64,000 bases of DNA from Acidobacteriota bacterium (GCA_016195265.1 JACPZW010000062.1:9904-73903); one strand, 5' to 3'. Positions 38,723-48,385 are shown, counted from the first letter of the stretch. Program-made: numbers and translations. The notes: generated by a model not told the origin, from the sequence alone.

Positions 38723-40888
38723 ATGAAACCACGGAGGACACGGGGGGCACGGAGGAGGATGGGTACGTTCACGGTTGTGAGCGCTGCCATTGCCGCGACG
38801 CTCTGCGCGGTGTCGACGATGTCCACGGCGCGTCTTGCCGCGCAGCAGATGCCGCCCGCGCGGCCGGCGTTCCGCAGCGGCGCGCAGCTGATCGTCGAGA
38901 CGGTGACCGTCAAGGACAAGGACGGCAAGGTCGTCGAGGGATTGACAGCGAAGGACTTCAACGTCACCGAAGACGGCGTGCCGCAGGCGATCAGCTTTGT
39001 CGAGTTCCAGAAGGTGGAAAGCGCTCCGGGCGGAGCAGGCTCCGCCGCTACGGCAGAGGCCGTAGGGGCCGACCTTGGTCGGCCCCCGACGACGCCGGGC
39101 GCACCGCCGGCAGTTGCGTACCAGATCTCCACACCGCCACCCGGCGACACCCGCTATCGGGATCGCCGGCTCATCGTTTTGTACTTCGATCTCACCGCGA
39201 TGCCGCCGCCTGACCTGACGCGCGCGTACGCGGCGGCGCGGCGGTTCATCAAAGATCAGCTGCAGCCGCAGGACTTGATCGCGATCATGACGTTCCAGGG
39301 CGGCGCGGTGAAAGTGAAGCACGACTTCACCAACGATCGCCAGCAGCTCGAAGAAGTCTTTCTGCGCCTCATCTACGGCGACGACCTCGACGGCGACGGC
39401 ATCCCCGACGTCACGCCGGATTCGGGAACGGCGTTCGGCCAGGACGATGCCGAGTTCAACATCCTGAACACCGACCGTCAGCTGTCCGCGCTCCAGACGG
39501 CCGTGACGATGCTCCGGCCGTTGCCGGAGCAGAAGTCGCTCGTGTATTTCGCGAGCGGCCTGCGGCTGAACGGCGTGGACAACCAGGCGCAGCTGCGCGC
39601 GACGACGAACGCGGCGATCCGCGCGAACGTGTCGATCTTTCCCGTGGACGCGCGCGGGCTGGTCGCGCAGGCGCCGCTCGGCGACGCCACCGTCGCATCG
39701 CCCGGCGGCCTCGCGATGTTCACCGGCACCGCCGCCGCCGGCATTCAGACGAACTTCCAGCGCTCGCAGGACACGCTCTACAGCCTCGCGAAGGACACGG
39801 GCGGGAAGGCGCTGTTCGACAACAACGACTTGTCACTGGGAATTGTTCAGGCCGCGGAGTCGGTCAGCAGCTACTACATCGTCGGCTACTACAGCACGCA
39901 CACGGCGCGCGACGGCAAGTTCCGCCGCGTCAGGGTCACGCTGACCGGCGGGCTATCGGCCGAGCTGACGTTCCGTCAGGGCTATTTCGCCGACAAGGAG
40001 TTCGCCAGGTTCACGGCGGCGGACAAGGAGCGCCAGCTCGAAGAAGCGCTGATGCTCGAGAATCCGGTCACCGAGATCACTATCGCGATGGAGCTGAACT
40101 ACTTCCAGCTCGACCGCGCGGAGTACTTCGTGCCGGTCGCCGTCAAGATTCCCGGCAGCGAGCTCGCGCTCGCCAGGCGCGGCGGCGCGGCGCGGACCGT
40201 GATCGACTTCATCGGTGAAGTGAAAGACGACTACGGGATCACGATCCAGAACGTGCGGGACAAGCTCGACATCAAGTTGAGCGACGACACGGCGGCGCAA
40301 CTTGCGAAGCGCCCCATTCAGTACGAAACCGGCTTCACGCTGCTGCCGGGCAAGTACGTGATCAAGTTTCTCGCGCGCGACGCGGAGACCGGACGCATCG
40401 GGACGTACCAGTCGGCGTTCACGATTCCGAATCTGAATCGTGAGCTGAAGCGCGTGCCGATCAGCTCCGTCGTCCTGAGCAGCCAGCGCGTGCCGATGTC
40501 AGGCGCGCTGTACTCGGTGAAGAAGGGCGCGGCGCCATCGGTCGATCCGCTCGTATCCGACGGCTCGAAGCTGATTCCAAGCGTAACGCGCGTCTTCAGC
40601 ACGAGCCGCGATCTCTACGTCTTCCTGCAGGCGTACGAGCGCACCGAGCCCGCGATGCCGCCGCTCGTCGCGTTCGTCAGCTTCTATCGCGGCGACGTGA
40701 AGGCGTTCGAGACGGCGCCGCTCGCCGTGACCGGGAATTTCGATCCGAAGACGAGAGCGGTCCCGCTGCGATTCAGCGTTCCGCTGAGCGGTTTTCCACC
40801 AGGCCGATACGAGTGCCAGGTCACCGTGTTGAATCCCAACGGCCAGAAGGTCGCGTTCTGGCGTGCGGACATCGCGCTTGTCCCGTGA
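38723..40888 (+). CDS. VWFA-related Acidobacterial-domain (TIGR03436-like) protein
   Basis: FRSGAQLIVETVTVKDKDGKVVEGLTAKDFNVTEDGVPQAISF followed by a VWA-like region. Alternative start at 38759. Confidence 0.75.
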   Translation: MKPRRTRGARRRMGTFTVVSAAIAATLCAVSTMSTARLAAQQMPPARPAFRSGAQLIVETVTVKDKDGKVVEGLTAKDFNVTEDGVPQAISFVEFQKVESAPGGAGSAATAEAVGADLGRPPTTPGAPPAVAYQISTPPPGDTRYRDRRLIVLYFDLTAMPPPDLTRAYAAARRFIKDQLQPQDLIAIMTFQGGAVKVKHDFTNDRQQLEEVFLRLIYGDDLDGDGIPDVTPDSGTAFGQDDAEFNILNTDRQLSALQTAVTMLRPLPEQKSLVYFASGLRLNGVDNQAQLRATTNAAIRANVSIFPVDARGLVAQAPLGDATVASPGGLAMFTGTAAAGIQTNFQRSQDTLYSLAKDTGGKALFDNNDLSLGIVQAAESVSSYYIVGYYSTHTARDGKFRRVRVTLTGGLSAELTFRQGYFADKEFARFTAADKERQLEEALMLENPVTEITIAMELNYFQLDRAEYFVPVAVKIPGSELALARRGGAARTVIDFIGEVKDDYGITIQNVRDKLDIKLSDDTAAQLAKRPIQYETGFTLLPGKYVIKFLARDAETGRIGTYQSAFTIPNLNRELKRVPISSVVLSSQRVPMSGALYSVKKGAAPSVDPLVSDGSKLIPSVTRVFSTSRDLYVFLQAYERTEPAMPPLVAFVSFYRGDVKAFETAPLAVTGNFDPKTRAVPLRFSVPLSGFPPGRYECQVTVLNPNGQKVAFWRADIALVP
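39028..39086. repeat. REP-like doublet, family B, inside a CDS
   Basis: GGGCGGAGCAGGCTCCGCCGCTAC (39028-39051) and GTAGGGGCCGACCTTGGTCGGCCCC (39062-39086) are read as [19 protein letters not shown]. Confidence 0.8.
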
Positions 40889-40985
40889 TGCATGCGCGCT
40901 CGCTTCGGCGACGTCGCTGCCGACGGCACGTTCTCCATAGCGGGCGTGCCGCCACGCGACTACACGCTCGCGCCTCGTCCCGACG

Positions 40986-42371
40986 CTAACCGCTGACGTA
41001 CCCCAGGGTCCGCAAGCGTTCGCGCAGCCGCCGCAGCGTGTCATCGGTGACGTGCGACGGCCGCCGCAGCAGGCCGGCCAGTCTGCGCCATGCTTCGCGC
41101 GCTTCCGCGAAGCGCGGATCGCCGGCGGGAATCACCGTGTCGCCGTCGCCCACGGTCACGAGTACGTCATCCGCCGCCACGGCTGCTGTTGGATCCGCGG
41201 CCCATCGCGTGAAGAACTTCATCCGCGGGAAGCGGAGCGCTACGCGCACCGGGTCTCGGTCCTGATTGAAGACCGGCGCGAACGGCGACGCGCTGCGCGG
41301 ATCGAAGACGACCTGCCTGTCCTCCCGGCGGATCAGGGCGTTGCCCATCATCCACGCCGGGATCGGGATTCCGGCGAGCGCGAGAATTGACGGTGCGACG
41401 TCGATCGATCGCGTAATGCCGGTGACCTGCTCCGGGCGGACGTGACTGCCGTAGCTGACGATCAGGGGGATATGGATCTCCGCGTCCGGGAGATTCCCGA
41501 TGCCGCCCCCGTGTCCCGCATACCCGGCCTCGTACAGCTGTTCGCCGTGGTCCGCGGTCACGATGACGACGGTGTTCTCGAGGCGACCGAGCCGGCCAAG
41601 CGTTTCCATCAAGCGACCGACCGAGCGATCGGCCTCGTGCAGATCCTCATCGTACAGGTCGACGACGTACTGGCGTTCCACCGCGCCCTTGAGCTGTGCG
41701 GCCTGCTCCGGCGCCGCGCCGTTCGCAAACGAGGCGCGGAAACGCCGATCGACGAAAACGGGCGCCTCGCTTCGCAGCGGATGCGGGAAATGCGTGTCCA
41801 TCGCGTGGAGGTACGCGAAGAACGGCGTCTGCTGCGCGGCGATCCACGGTTCAAACTTGTCGAGGATGTCGTCGAGATTCGCCTTGTCGCCCTCGGCCTT
41901 CAGCGAGGCGACGTTGGAGTAGTGGTCGAAGACGCGCGTGACCGAAGACAGTCGGGGATGAAAGTACGGATGGCCTGCGAACAACGCGGTCTGGTAGCCT
42001 CCTTCGACGAGGACGCTTGGAAGCGAGCCCCGCGCGTTGTCACTGGGCAGCTCTGGGCCTTCCGGCGCGGAGATCAGCGCGTGGGGACGCAGCGTGCTCA
42101 TCAAGAGCTGCGAGACGGCCGAAACCGTGCCGTTGCTGCCGCTGTAGTGCTGCGTGAACAGCAGACCTGTCGCCGCCAGCCGATCGAGATTCGGGGTCGT
42201 CTGGCGCCGGTAGCCCATCGCCGACAGGTGATCGGCGCGGCAGGCGTCGAGCACGACGAGCACGATGGAGGGTCGAACCCCCCGGGGTTGGATCGGCGGC
42301 CCCGGCGCGGCAGGCGCCACCGTCAACAGCCCCACGATTAGGACGCAGAACCAGCTTCGTACTGTATGCAC
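40986..42371 (-). CDS. Sulfatase-family (alkaline-phosphatase superfamily) hydrolase
   Basis: Signal peptide, VLDACRADH near the N-terminus, TADHGE further on. Confidence 0.75.
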   Translation of the reverse strand: MHTVRSWFCVLIVGLLTVAPAAPGPPIQPRGVRPSIVLVVLDACRADHLSAMGYRRQTTPNLDRLAATGLLFTQHYSGSNGTVSAVSQLLMSTLRPHALISAPEGPELPSDNARGSLPSVLVEGGYQTALFAGHPYFHPRLSSVTRVFDHYSNVASLKAEGDKANLDDILDKFEPWIAAQQTPFFAYLHAMDTHFPHPLRSEAPVFVDRRFRASFANGAAPEQAAQLKGAVERQYVVDLYDEDLHEADRSVGRLMETLGRLGRLENTVVIVTADHGEQLYEAGYAGHGGGIGNLPDAEIHIPLIVSYGSHVRPEQVTGITRSIDVAPSILALAGIPIPAWMMGNALIRREDRQVVFDPRSASPFAPVFNQDRDPVRVALRFPRMKFFTRWAADPTAAVAADDVLVTVGDGDTVIPAGDPRFAEAREAWRRLAGLLRRPSHVTDDTLRRLRERLRTLGYVSG

Positions 42372-42528
42372 GCGGTGCCCCCCAGCAAGAAGTTAGACCG
42401 TCGTCGTGCGACGAAGTCACATCCTAACCTCCTACACGAAACCTAACGAAGCTATTCTGTGATGAAAGCGTGCAGCGGGCCGTAAGGGTGCCGTTGCGAT
42501 AAGGATTTAGCGTTGATTTAGCGTGGAT

Positions 42529-44025
42529 TCAGTTGAGGTACTTCACGAAGATCACTTCGTTCTGCTTTTCGTTGTAGACGAGCTCATCGACCTTCGCCCG
42601 AACGAGCAGGATGCCGAAGCCGCCCGGGCGCAGACCTTTCTCTTCGCGAATCCTCACGTGCTCGATCGGATCCTCGGGGTGCGCGATCGCGGCATGGTCG
42701 AGATCCTTCAACTGGAAGCCCGGGCCGGGATCCGCGATACGGTAGATGAGGACGCGGTTCGTGCGCACGCACGAGACGCGCACTTTCCGGGTGGGATCCA
42801 GCTGGCCGCCCCACTCGACGGCGTTCAGCAGCAGCTCGCGAAACGCGTCGCTCACGGTATCAATCACGTCGGCCGGCAGGTCCGCGCCGAGCCGGGCGAC
42901 CACGGGCTGAATCTGTTCCGCGGCTTCGCGCGTGCAGGGGATGAGCAGCTCGACCCAGTCGGGCCGCGCCGAAATCACTTCGATCGCCGCCGGCGCGTCG
43001 GACGCCTGCAGCGCGTCCCGGGCCACGTTCAGCAGGTTGCGCACCTCCAGTTCACTGACGAGCCTGGCGAGGCGCGACGCGTCCTCCGCCTGCGCCTGGC
43101 GCGCCGCCACCAGGTCGCGTGAGTAGCGCGCGATCGTCGCCTGCGCGTCTTTGCGCTCCGTGATGTCGCGCGCCGCGGCGTAGATCGTCTGCTCGCTCGG
43201 GTACGGCACGGCGGCCCACTCCAGCCAGCGATACGCGCCATCTTTGGCGCGGTAGCGATTCTCGAATGCGAGCACCTGGCCGCCGCCGCTGAGCTTGTCC
43301 GCCTCGGTCGTCGTCTGGGCCCGGTCGTCCGGGTGCACGAACTCCAGGTAGGGCCGCGCGAGCAGCTCGTCGCTCGTGTAGCCGAGCACCCGTTCCCAGG
43401 CCGGATTCAGCCGCTTGAAGTAGCCGTCGAATCCGGCCACGCACAGCAGGTCGAGCGACAGCGTGAAGAACCGATCCAGTTCTTCTTCGACGCGCCGGCG
43501 CTCGATGAACGCGCCGACTTGCGCGCCGACCCTGGTCAGCATCCCGAGCAGGTATTCGTCGGGCTCGCGGATGTCGCGGCTGAAGAATTCCATGACGCCG
43601 ACGACATTCCCTCGAATCAGGAGCGGCAGCGCAAACGCGCCGTGCAGCCCTCCGCGCCTGGCGCCCCCCGCACGGGGGAAGTTCGCATCTTCGACCACGT
43701 CAGGCACCCACGCGGGCTCGCCGCTGGCCCAGACGCGTCCGGGCAGGCCGACGCCCCGCGTGAACGTGATGCGCCGGCTGGTCGCCTCGAATTCGGCCAG
43801 GTCGATGGCTGGCCGATGCCAGGTGTCCTTGCAGCGCAGGACACCAGCGCTGGCGTCCACGTGCCACAACCCGCCGTGGTCCCAGCCGAGCGTTTCGCAG
43901 ATGGCGCGCAGGACGCGCCCCCCCGCCTCGGCCAACGTCGTCGATTCGGCGAGCGCCCGCGCCGCCACGTATTCGACGGTCAGGCGTCGCTCGGCGTGCG
44001 CCGCACGAGGGGCATCCAGCGGCAC
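42529..44025 (-). CDS. GAF-PAS sensor protein with a C-terminal HATPase_c-like (RsbW-type) domain
   Basis: GAF-like N-terminus, then PAS (NPAWERVLGYTSDELL...YRAKDGAYRWLEW...ARDITERK). C-terminal ELLLNAVEWGG...DPGPGF. No HisKA H-box was seen. Confidence 0.7.
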   Translation of the reverse strand: MPLDAPRAAHAERRLTVEYVAARALAESTTLAEAGGRVLRAICETLGWDHGGLWHVDASAGVLRCKDTWHRPAIDLAEFEATSRRITFTRGVGLPGRVWASGEPAWVPDVVEDANFPRAGGARRGGLHGAFALPLLIRGNVVGVMEFFSRDIREPDEYLLGMLTRVGAQVGAFIERRRVEEELDRFFTLSLDLLCVAGFDGYFKRLNPAWERVLGYTSDELLARPYLEFVHPDDRAQTTTEADKLSGGGQVLAFENRYRAKDGAYRWLEWAAVPYPSEQTIYAAARDITERKDAQATIARYSRDLVAARQAQAEDASRLARLVSELEVRNLLNVARDALQASDAPAAIEVISARPDWVELLIPCTREAAEQIQPVVARLGADLPADVIDTVSDAFRELLLNAVEWGGQLDPTRKVRVSCVRTNRVLIYRIADPGPGFQLKDLDHAAIAHPEDPIEHVRIREEKGLRPGGFGILLVRAKVDELVYNEKQNEVIFVKYLN

Positions 44026-44156
44026 GGGTCAGGCGGGAGTGCGTTCCATGAGATCAAGCCGAATTATAGAACCGCGGCGATCCCGACACGAGCTTGACCG
44101 AGGCTTCACAGAAGCTTGACAATCAGCCGGCAACCGCCCCCTTACACTTCCGGGCG

Positions 44157-45629
44157 ATGTGGAACCCAGTGGATATCCACGGAAGCCGGAGAGTTCTCCT
44201 CCTCTTCGCGCTCATGGTCCTGCTCCCGGCGGGGATCTTCAGCGTCCTGATCATCCGCGCCGTGCGCAGCGACCGGGTGCAGGCCGCACAGGAGAGGGCC
44301 GATCGCCAGCGGCAGATCGTCCGGCTGTTCGAGGAAGACCTGAGCCGCTGGCTGTTCTCCACGCAGCCGGACGCGGCGGTCGCGACAGCCTTGTTCAGCT
44401 TCCGGCTCGAAGGCGACCGCATCGTCTTTCCCGAGTTCGATCTGGCGCTGCCGGTCAACGCGTCGCCCCCGCGGCCTCCGGCGCCGACGCCGCTGTCCGA
44501 GCGTCCCACCGCGCAGGTGATCACCGATTTCTATTACCCGCGGATTCTGGTGTATCTCCGGGATTTCAAGTCGGGCGCCCAGTACTTTCTCCGGCTCAAA
44601 TCGCTCATCGTGCTGCTGCCCGGCGGCGCTCAGGGGTACGCGCTCGATGCGCAACAGGTCATCGATCGCGCGAACGGGCGGCTCGCAGAACTGTGCGCGG
44701 GAACGAGTTTCAAGGGCTCGCTCTGGATCGGCGATGTCCGTGACAAGGAGTCCGCGTCGGCGACCGGGGCGTTTGCGCTCAAAGGATTCTCATTCTTCCA
44801 AGTCGTGTTCTACGACGCCGGCGTGGCGAGCCCGACAGACTTCCGGCAGTACGCGTTCGCCTACTCGATGGCGTTCCTCGTGCTCGTGGCCATCCTCGGC
44901 AGCGTTCTGGTGTATCGCACGGTGTCGCAGGAGGCGCGGCTCTCCCAGTTGCGGACCGATTTCGTGTCCGCGGTCTCGCATGAGTTCCGGTCGCCCCTCA
45001 GTTCCATGCTGGCCCTGCTGGAGCGGCTGGAATCGGCGCGGATCCGCGATCCGGAAAAGCTCGCCGAGTACCATGACGTGATCCGTCGCGACGCGCGCCG
45101 CCTCAGCGCGCTGGTGACGCGCCTGCTGGATTTCGCTCAGATCGAAAATGGGAAGATGCGCTATGCGCTCGAGCGCGTGGAGCTGGTGGCGATCACGCGC
45201 GAGGCGCTGGAGGCGTGCCGCTACTCGGCTCGCGAGGCACGCGTCCGGCTCTGCGGCGCGGACGCGGCGCCGCTGTGGGTCCGTGCCGACCGAACGGCGC
45301 TGCGGCACTGCGTCCAGAACTTGATCGAGAACGCGATCAAGTATTCACCGCCGGACTCGCCGATCGCTGTAACGTGCTCCTCAGCCAACGGTTCGAACAT
45401 TGTGGAAGTGCAGGACCGCGGGATCGGCATCCCGCGCGCGGAACAGGAGAAGATCTTCGAGAAGTTCTATCGCGGCCACCACGCGGCCGGCCTGAACGTA
45501 CAGGGCGTCGGCATCGGGCTGGCGCTCGTCAAGCACGTGGCGGAAAGCCACGGCGGGTCTGTGTCGGTCGAGAGCGAGCCGGGCGACGGCAGCCGGTTCC
45601 GGCTGCATCTCCCGAACGCGGAGGGCTGA
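44157..45629 (+). CDS. Sensor histidine kinase
   Basis: Two transmembrane segments, H-box VSAVSHEFRSPL, N/G boxes (NLIENAIKYS, DRGIGI, GVGIGLAL). Confidence 0.85.
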   Translation: MWNPVDIHGSRRVLLLFALMVLLPAGIFSVLIIRAVRSDRVQAAQERADRQRQIVRLFEEDLSRWLFSTQPDAAVATALFSFRLEGDRIVFPEFDLALPVNASPPRPPAPTPLSERPTAQVITDFYYPRILVYLRDFKSGAQYFLRLKSLIVLLPGGAQGYALDAQQVIDRANGRLAELCAGTSFKGSLWIGDVRDKESASATGAFALKGFSFFQVVFYDAGVASPTDFRQYAFAYSMAFLVLVAILGSVLVYRTVSQEARLSQLRTDFVSAVSHEFRSPLSSMLALLERLESARIRDPEKLAEYHDVIRRDARRLSALVTRLLDFAQIENGKMRYALERVELVAITREALEACRYSAREARVRLCGADAAPLWVRADRTALRHCVQNLIENAIKYSPPDSPIAVTCSSANGSNIVEVQDRGIGIPRAEQEKIFEKFYRGHHAAGLNVQGVGIGLALVKHVAESHGGSVSVESEPGDGSRFRLHLPNAEG

Positions 45630-45632
45630 GCC

Positions 45633-46328
45633 ATGTCGACGAGGATCCTTGTGGTCGAGGACGAGCCCGGCATCCGCCTTGCGCTCAAAGATGAGCTCGA
45701 GTTCGAGGGCTTCGACGTCGAGCTGGCTGAGGACGGCGCGACCGGGCTGGCTGCGGTTCTGCGGTCCGAGCCGGCGCTCATCGTGCTCGACTTGATGCTG
45801 CCGGGACGAAACGGCTTCCAGATTTGCCAGGAGCTTCGACACCGCGGCATTCGAACGCCGATCATCGTGCTGACGGCGCGCAACGAAGAGGTCGACAAGG
45901 TCCGCGGTCTCGCCCTTGGCGCCGACGATTACGTGACGAAGCCGTTCAGCCTCGCAGAACTTGTGGCGCGCATTCGGGCGGTGTTGCGACGCTCGCAGAC
46001 ACACGACGACCGCGACGTGGTCGAAGTGCCGCCGATCAAGCTCGACTTGCGCAAACACTGCGCCTTCAAGCGTGATGTCGCGCTGCAGCTCACGGATACG
46101 GAATTCCGGATGCTCGCGCTGCTGCTCACGCGGCCCGGAGAGGTGATCACGCGCGACGAGTTCCTGAAGCAGATCTGGGGCGAGGACGTCTACGTGACGC
46201 ATCGGACCGTCGACACACACGTGGCCGCGCTGCGAAAGAAGATCGAAGACGATGTCGAGCACCCCGCCTGCATTCAGAGTGTGAGAAACGTGGGCTACCG
46301 GTTCAACGAAAACGTCACGGGGTCTTAA
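45633..46328 (+). CDS. OmpR-family response regulator
   Basis: Receiver domain (ILVVEDE, LDLMLPG, TA..) plus a winged-helix output (TDTEFRMLALL..., VRNVGYRF). Confidence 0.9.
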   Translation: MSTRILVVEDEPGIRLALKDELEFEGFDVELAEDGATGLAAVLRSEPALIVLDLMLPGRNGFQICQELRHRGIRTPIIVLTARNEEVDKVRGLALGADDYVTKPFSLAELVARIRAVLRRSQTHDDRDVVEVPPIKLDLRKHCAFKRDVALQLTDTEFRMLALLLTRPGEVITRDEFLKQIWGEDVYVTHRTVDTHVAALRKKIEDDVEHPACIQSVRNVGYRFNENVTGS

Positions 46329-46388
46329 CGCTCCCCTCAAGCACTTCACACAGCGCTCGCCTACTGTGCCTCGTAGAGGAGGCACACC

Positions 46389-47555
46389 ATGCGTCTGACC
46401 AGCTGGTTTCTTTTGTTCAGTCTCGTGATCCTCGGTCCGAGACCTGCGGTCGCACAGTCTTCTGTGGTTCGCCTGCAGGCCGTGAACGTCCCCGTGGACA
46501 GCGGTCTGCTGGCGTCGCTGTTGCCGGATTTCGAGAAGGCCACCGGATTTCGGGTGGACGTGATCAAGTCGGGAGACCTGGTGTACGACATGGCAAGGCA
46601 GGGCGCCGCGGACCTGGTCCTGTCACATTACGGCCATGCCGGCATGGACGATTTCATGGCGGACGGCCTTGGGTTCTGGCCCCGCGCTGTCTTTGCCAAT
46701 CAGTCTGTGCTTCTCGGTCCCTCGAGGGATCCTGCGGGTGTCCGCGGCATGCAGGATGCCGTTCAAGCGTTTCGGCGTATCGCCGAGACCAGGTCATTGT
46801 TCCTGGTGAACAATGCGGCCACCGAGAAATATCTGGGACAAGTGTTGTGGCAGGCGGCCGGGCGGCCGGATCCGGCTGGCTGGTATTCCGATACGGGATT
46901 GAGAGACCAGACGGTCATTCAGTCTGCGGAGAGACTGGAGGCCTATGTTCTTTGGGGAATCATTCCTTTTCTCAAGTTCAGAGAGAGCACAAATTCCCGT
47001 CTCGAAATGATCGCCGCGGAAGATCCGTTGATGCAGCGGCTGATGATGACCGTGGTCGTGAATCCGGACAAGGTTGCGGGCGTGAATGTCGCAGGCGCAG
47101 TCGCGCTCCAAAGGTACCTTGATTCGTCGGCGACCCAGGGGCGGATTCGTGCCTTTCGCTATCCTGGTGTGAGCCAGCAGCTGTTTTGGCCGTCCGGACG
47201 CGACAACATTGGGACATTTCTTTCGGACGTCAGCCCGTTAACGACCACTGCGGACCTGGCAGTCAACAGCGTCGTCTTCAGTCCGGCAACGCTCCGGACC
47301 GGTTCCGTCACGACAACATTTGCCGGCGCCAACCTGTCCGCACAAACCTATTTTGATGTCAGGTTTCGGCGGCCCGGAGGCACGGCCGACGAAGTGGTCG
47401 AGAATTGGCAACGAGGTGAGACGGGAACGCATGACATATCGGTCGGCACTGCGACCGGTACGTGGAGAATCACGGGCGTGCGAGCCCATCGTGATCCGAA
47501 CGATCACAGCGGCACGATCATTCCGGCTGCGGCCAGCGCGACCTTGCTGCCTTGA
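46389..47555 (+). CDS. Secreted periplasmic-binding-protein-like protein with an extra C-terminal domain
   Basis: Signal peptide. The N-terminal ~270 aa resemble tungstate/anion-binding PBP-like proteins (tentative). The ~110-aa Thr/Gly-rich C-terminal extension was not recognised. Visibly more A/T-rich than its neighbours. Confidence 0.5.
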   Translation: MRLTSWFLLFSLVILGPRPAVAQSSVVRLQAVNVPVDSGLLASLLPDFEKATGFRVDVIKSGDLVYDMARQGAADLVLSHYGHAGMDDFMADGLGFWPRAVFANQSVLLGPSRDPAGVRGMQDAVQAFRRIAETRSLFLVNNAATEKYLGQVLWQAAGRPDPAGWYSDTGLRDQTVIQSAERLEAYVLWGIIPFLKFRESTNSRLEMIAAEDPLMQRLMMTVVVNPDKVAGVNVAGAVALQRYLDSSATQGRIRAFRYPGVSQQLFWPSGRDNIGTFLSDVSPLTTTADLAVNSVVFSPATLRTGSVTTTFAGANLSAQTYFDVRFRRPGGTADEVVENWQRGETGTHDISVGTATGTWRITGVRAHRDPNDHSGTIIPAAASATLLP

Positions 47556-47674
47556 CTCGGAGTTCGTCAGTCGGCCGGCGCCCGCCGGCGCCGGCGCCGG
47601 ATGCCGCCTTCGTCCGGTGATGATCGGACGGGTCTCGGCCTGCGTAGTTTCCGAGACCTGTCCCCGACTCTTCG

Positions 47675-48385
47675 TCAACTCATCGCGTAGACGATCACGT
47701 TCACGGCGAACTTCGTGTTGTCCTCGCGCAGGAAGCGCTTGTTCCGCCAGTCGTAGTCCCACTCGCAGCCGTAATCCTTGTTGCTGTAGAGCACGGCGAG
47801 CCGGCCGCGGCGCTCGATCCCTTTCAGGTACTCGTGGACCAGGTTGTCGCCCCAGCCGTTCAGTTCGTGCGACGTCTGGGGCGGGCCGCCCGCGAACGTG
47901 AAGAAGCTTTTGAACAATGGATGCGACGAGGGCAGCCTCTCGAGCGGCGCGTCCGGGAACGTCGCGCGCATCTCCTGCTCGAACGACTTCGCGTAGAGAC
48001 CGTTGACGTCGTGGTTGCAGTCGTCTGAAAAGAGCAGCCCGCCCGCGTCGGCGAAGCGGCGCAGGTTCTCGCGTTCGGCCGCGCTGAAGCGGACCAGCGT
48101 GTGGCCCGTCATGAAGACGAACGGAAAGGACAGCAGCTCGGTCGAGGATGCCGCGATGACGACCTCTTCCTTGTAGATCGGGATCGACGTGTACTGAACG
48201 ACGGAGTCGAGCACGTTGGCGGCGACCTTGGGGTTGTAGTCCCAGTCGCCGGACTCATAGCGCAGACGCGCGAAGACGAACTCCGACGCGCGCGGCTTTC
48301 CTGAGCGTTGGGCAGGGTCCGACTGAAGCCGGATGCCGCTACCGAGCGCCGCAAATTGCAGAAACCGTCGTCGCGTCCAATTCAC
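47675..48385 (-). CDS. DUF4159 domain protein with a Tat-like signal
   Basis: RRRFLQF, then FVFARLRYESGDWDYNPKVAANVL...FPFVFMTGH...LFSDDCNHD. Confidence 0.8.
   Translation of the reverse strand: MNWTRRRFLQFAALGSGIRLQSDPAQRSGKPRASEFVFARLRYESGDWDYNPKVAANVLDSVVQYTSIPIYKEEVVIAASSTELLSFPFVFMTGHTLVRFSAAERENLRRFADAGGLLFSDDCNHDVNGLYAKSFEQEMRATFPDAPLERLPSSHPLFKSFFTFAGGPPQTSHELNGWGDNLVHEYLKGIERRGRLAVLYSNKDYGCEWDYDWRNKRFLREDNTKFAVNVIVYAMS

Noticed and set aside
47632-47657. The hairpin GTCTCGG-N12-CCGAGAC, preceded by the GC palindrome GGCCGGCGCCCGCCGGCGCCGGCGCCGG, as an intrinsic terminator between convergent genes.
   Set aside because: It has a short 7-bp stem and no U-tract on either strand. It remains possible but is not supported well enough to annotate.
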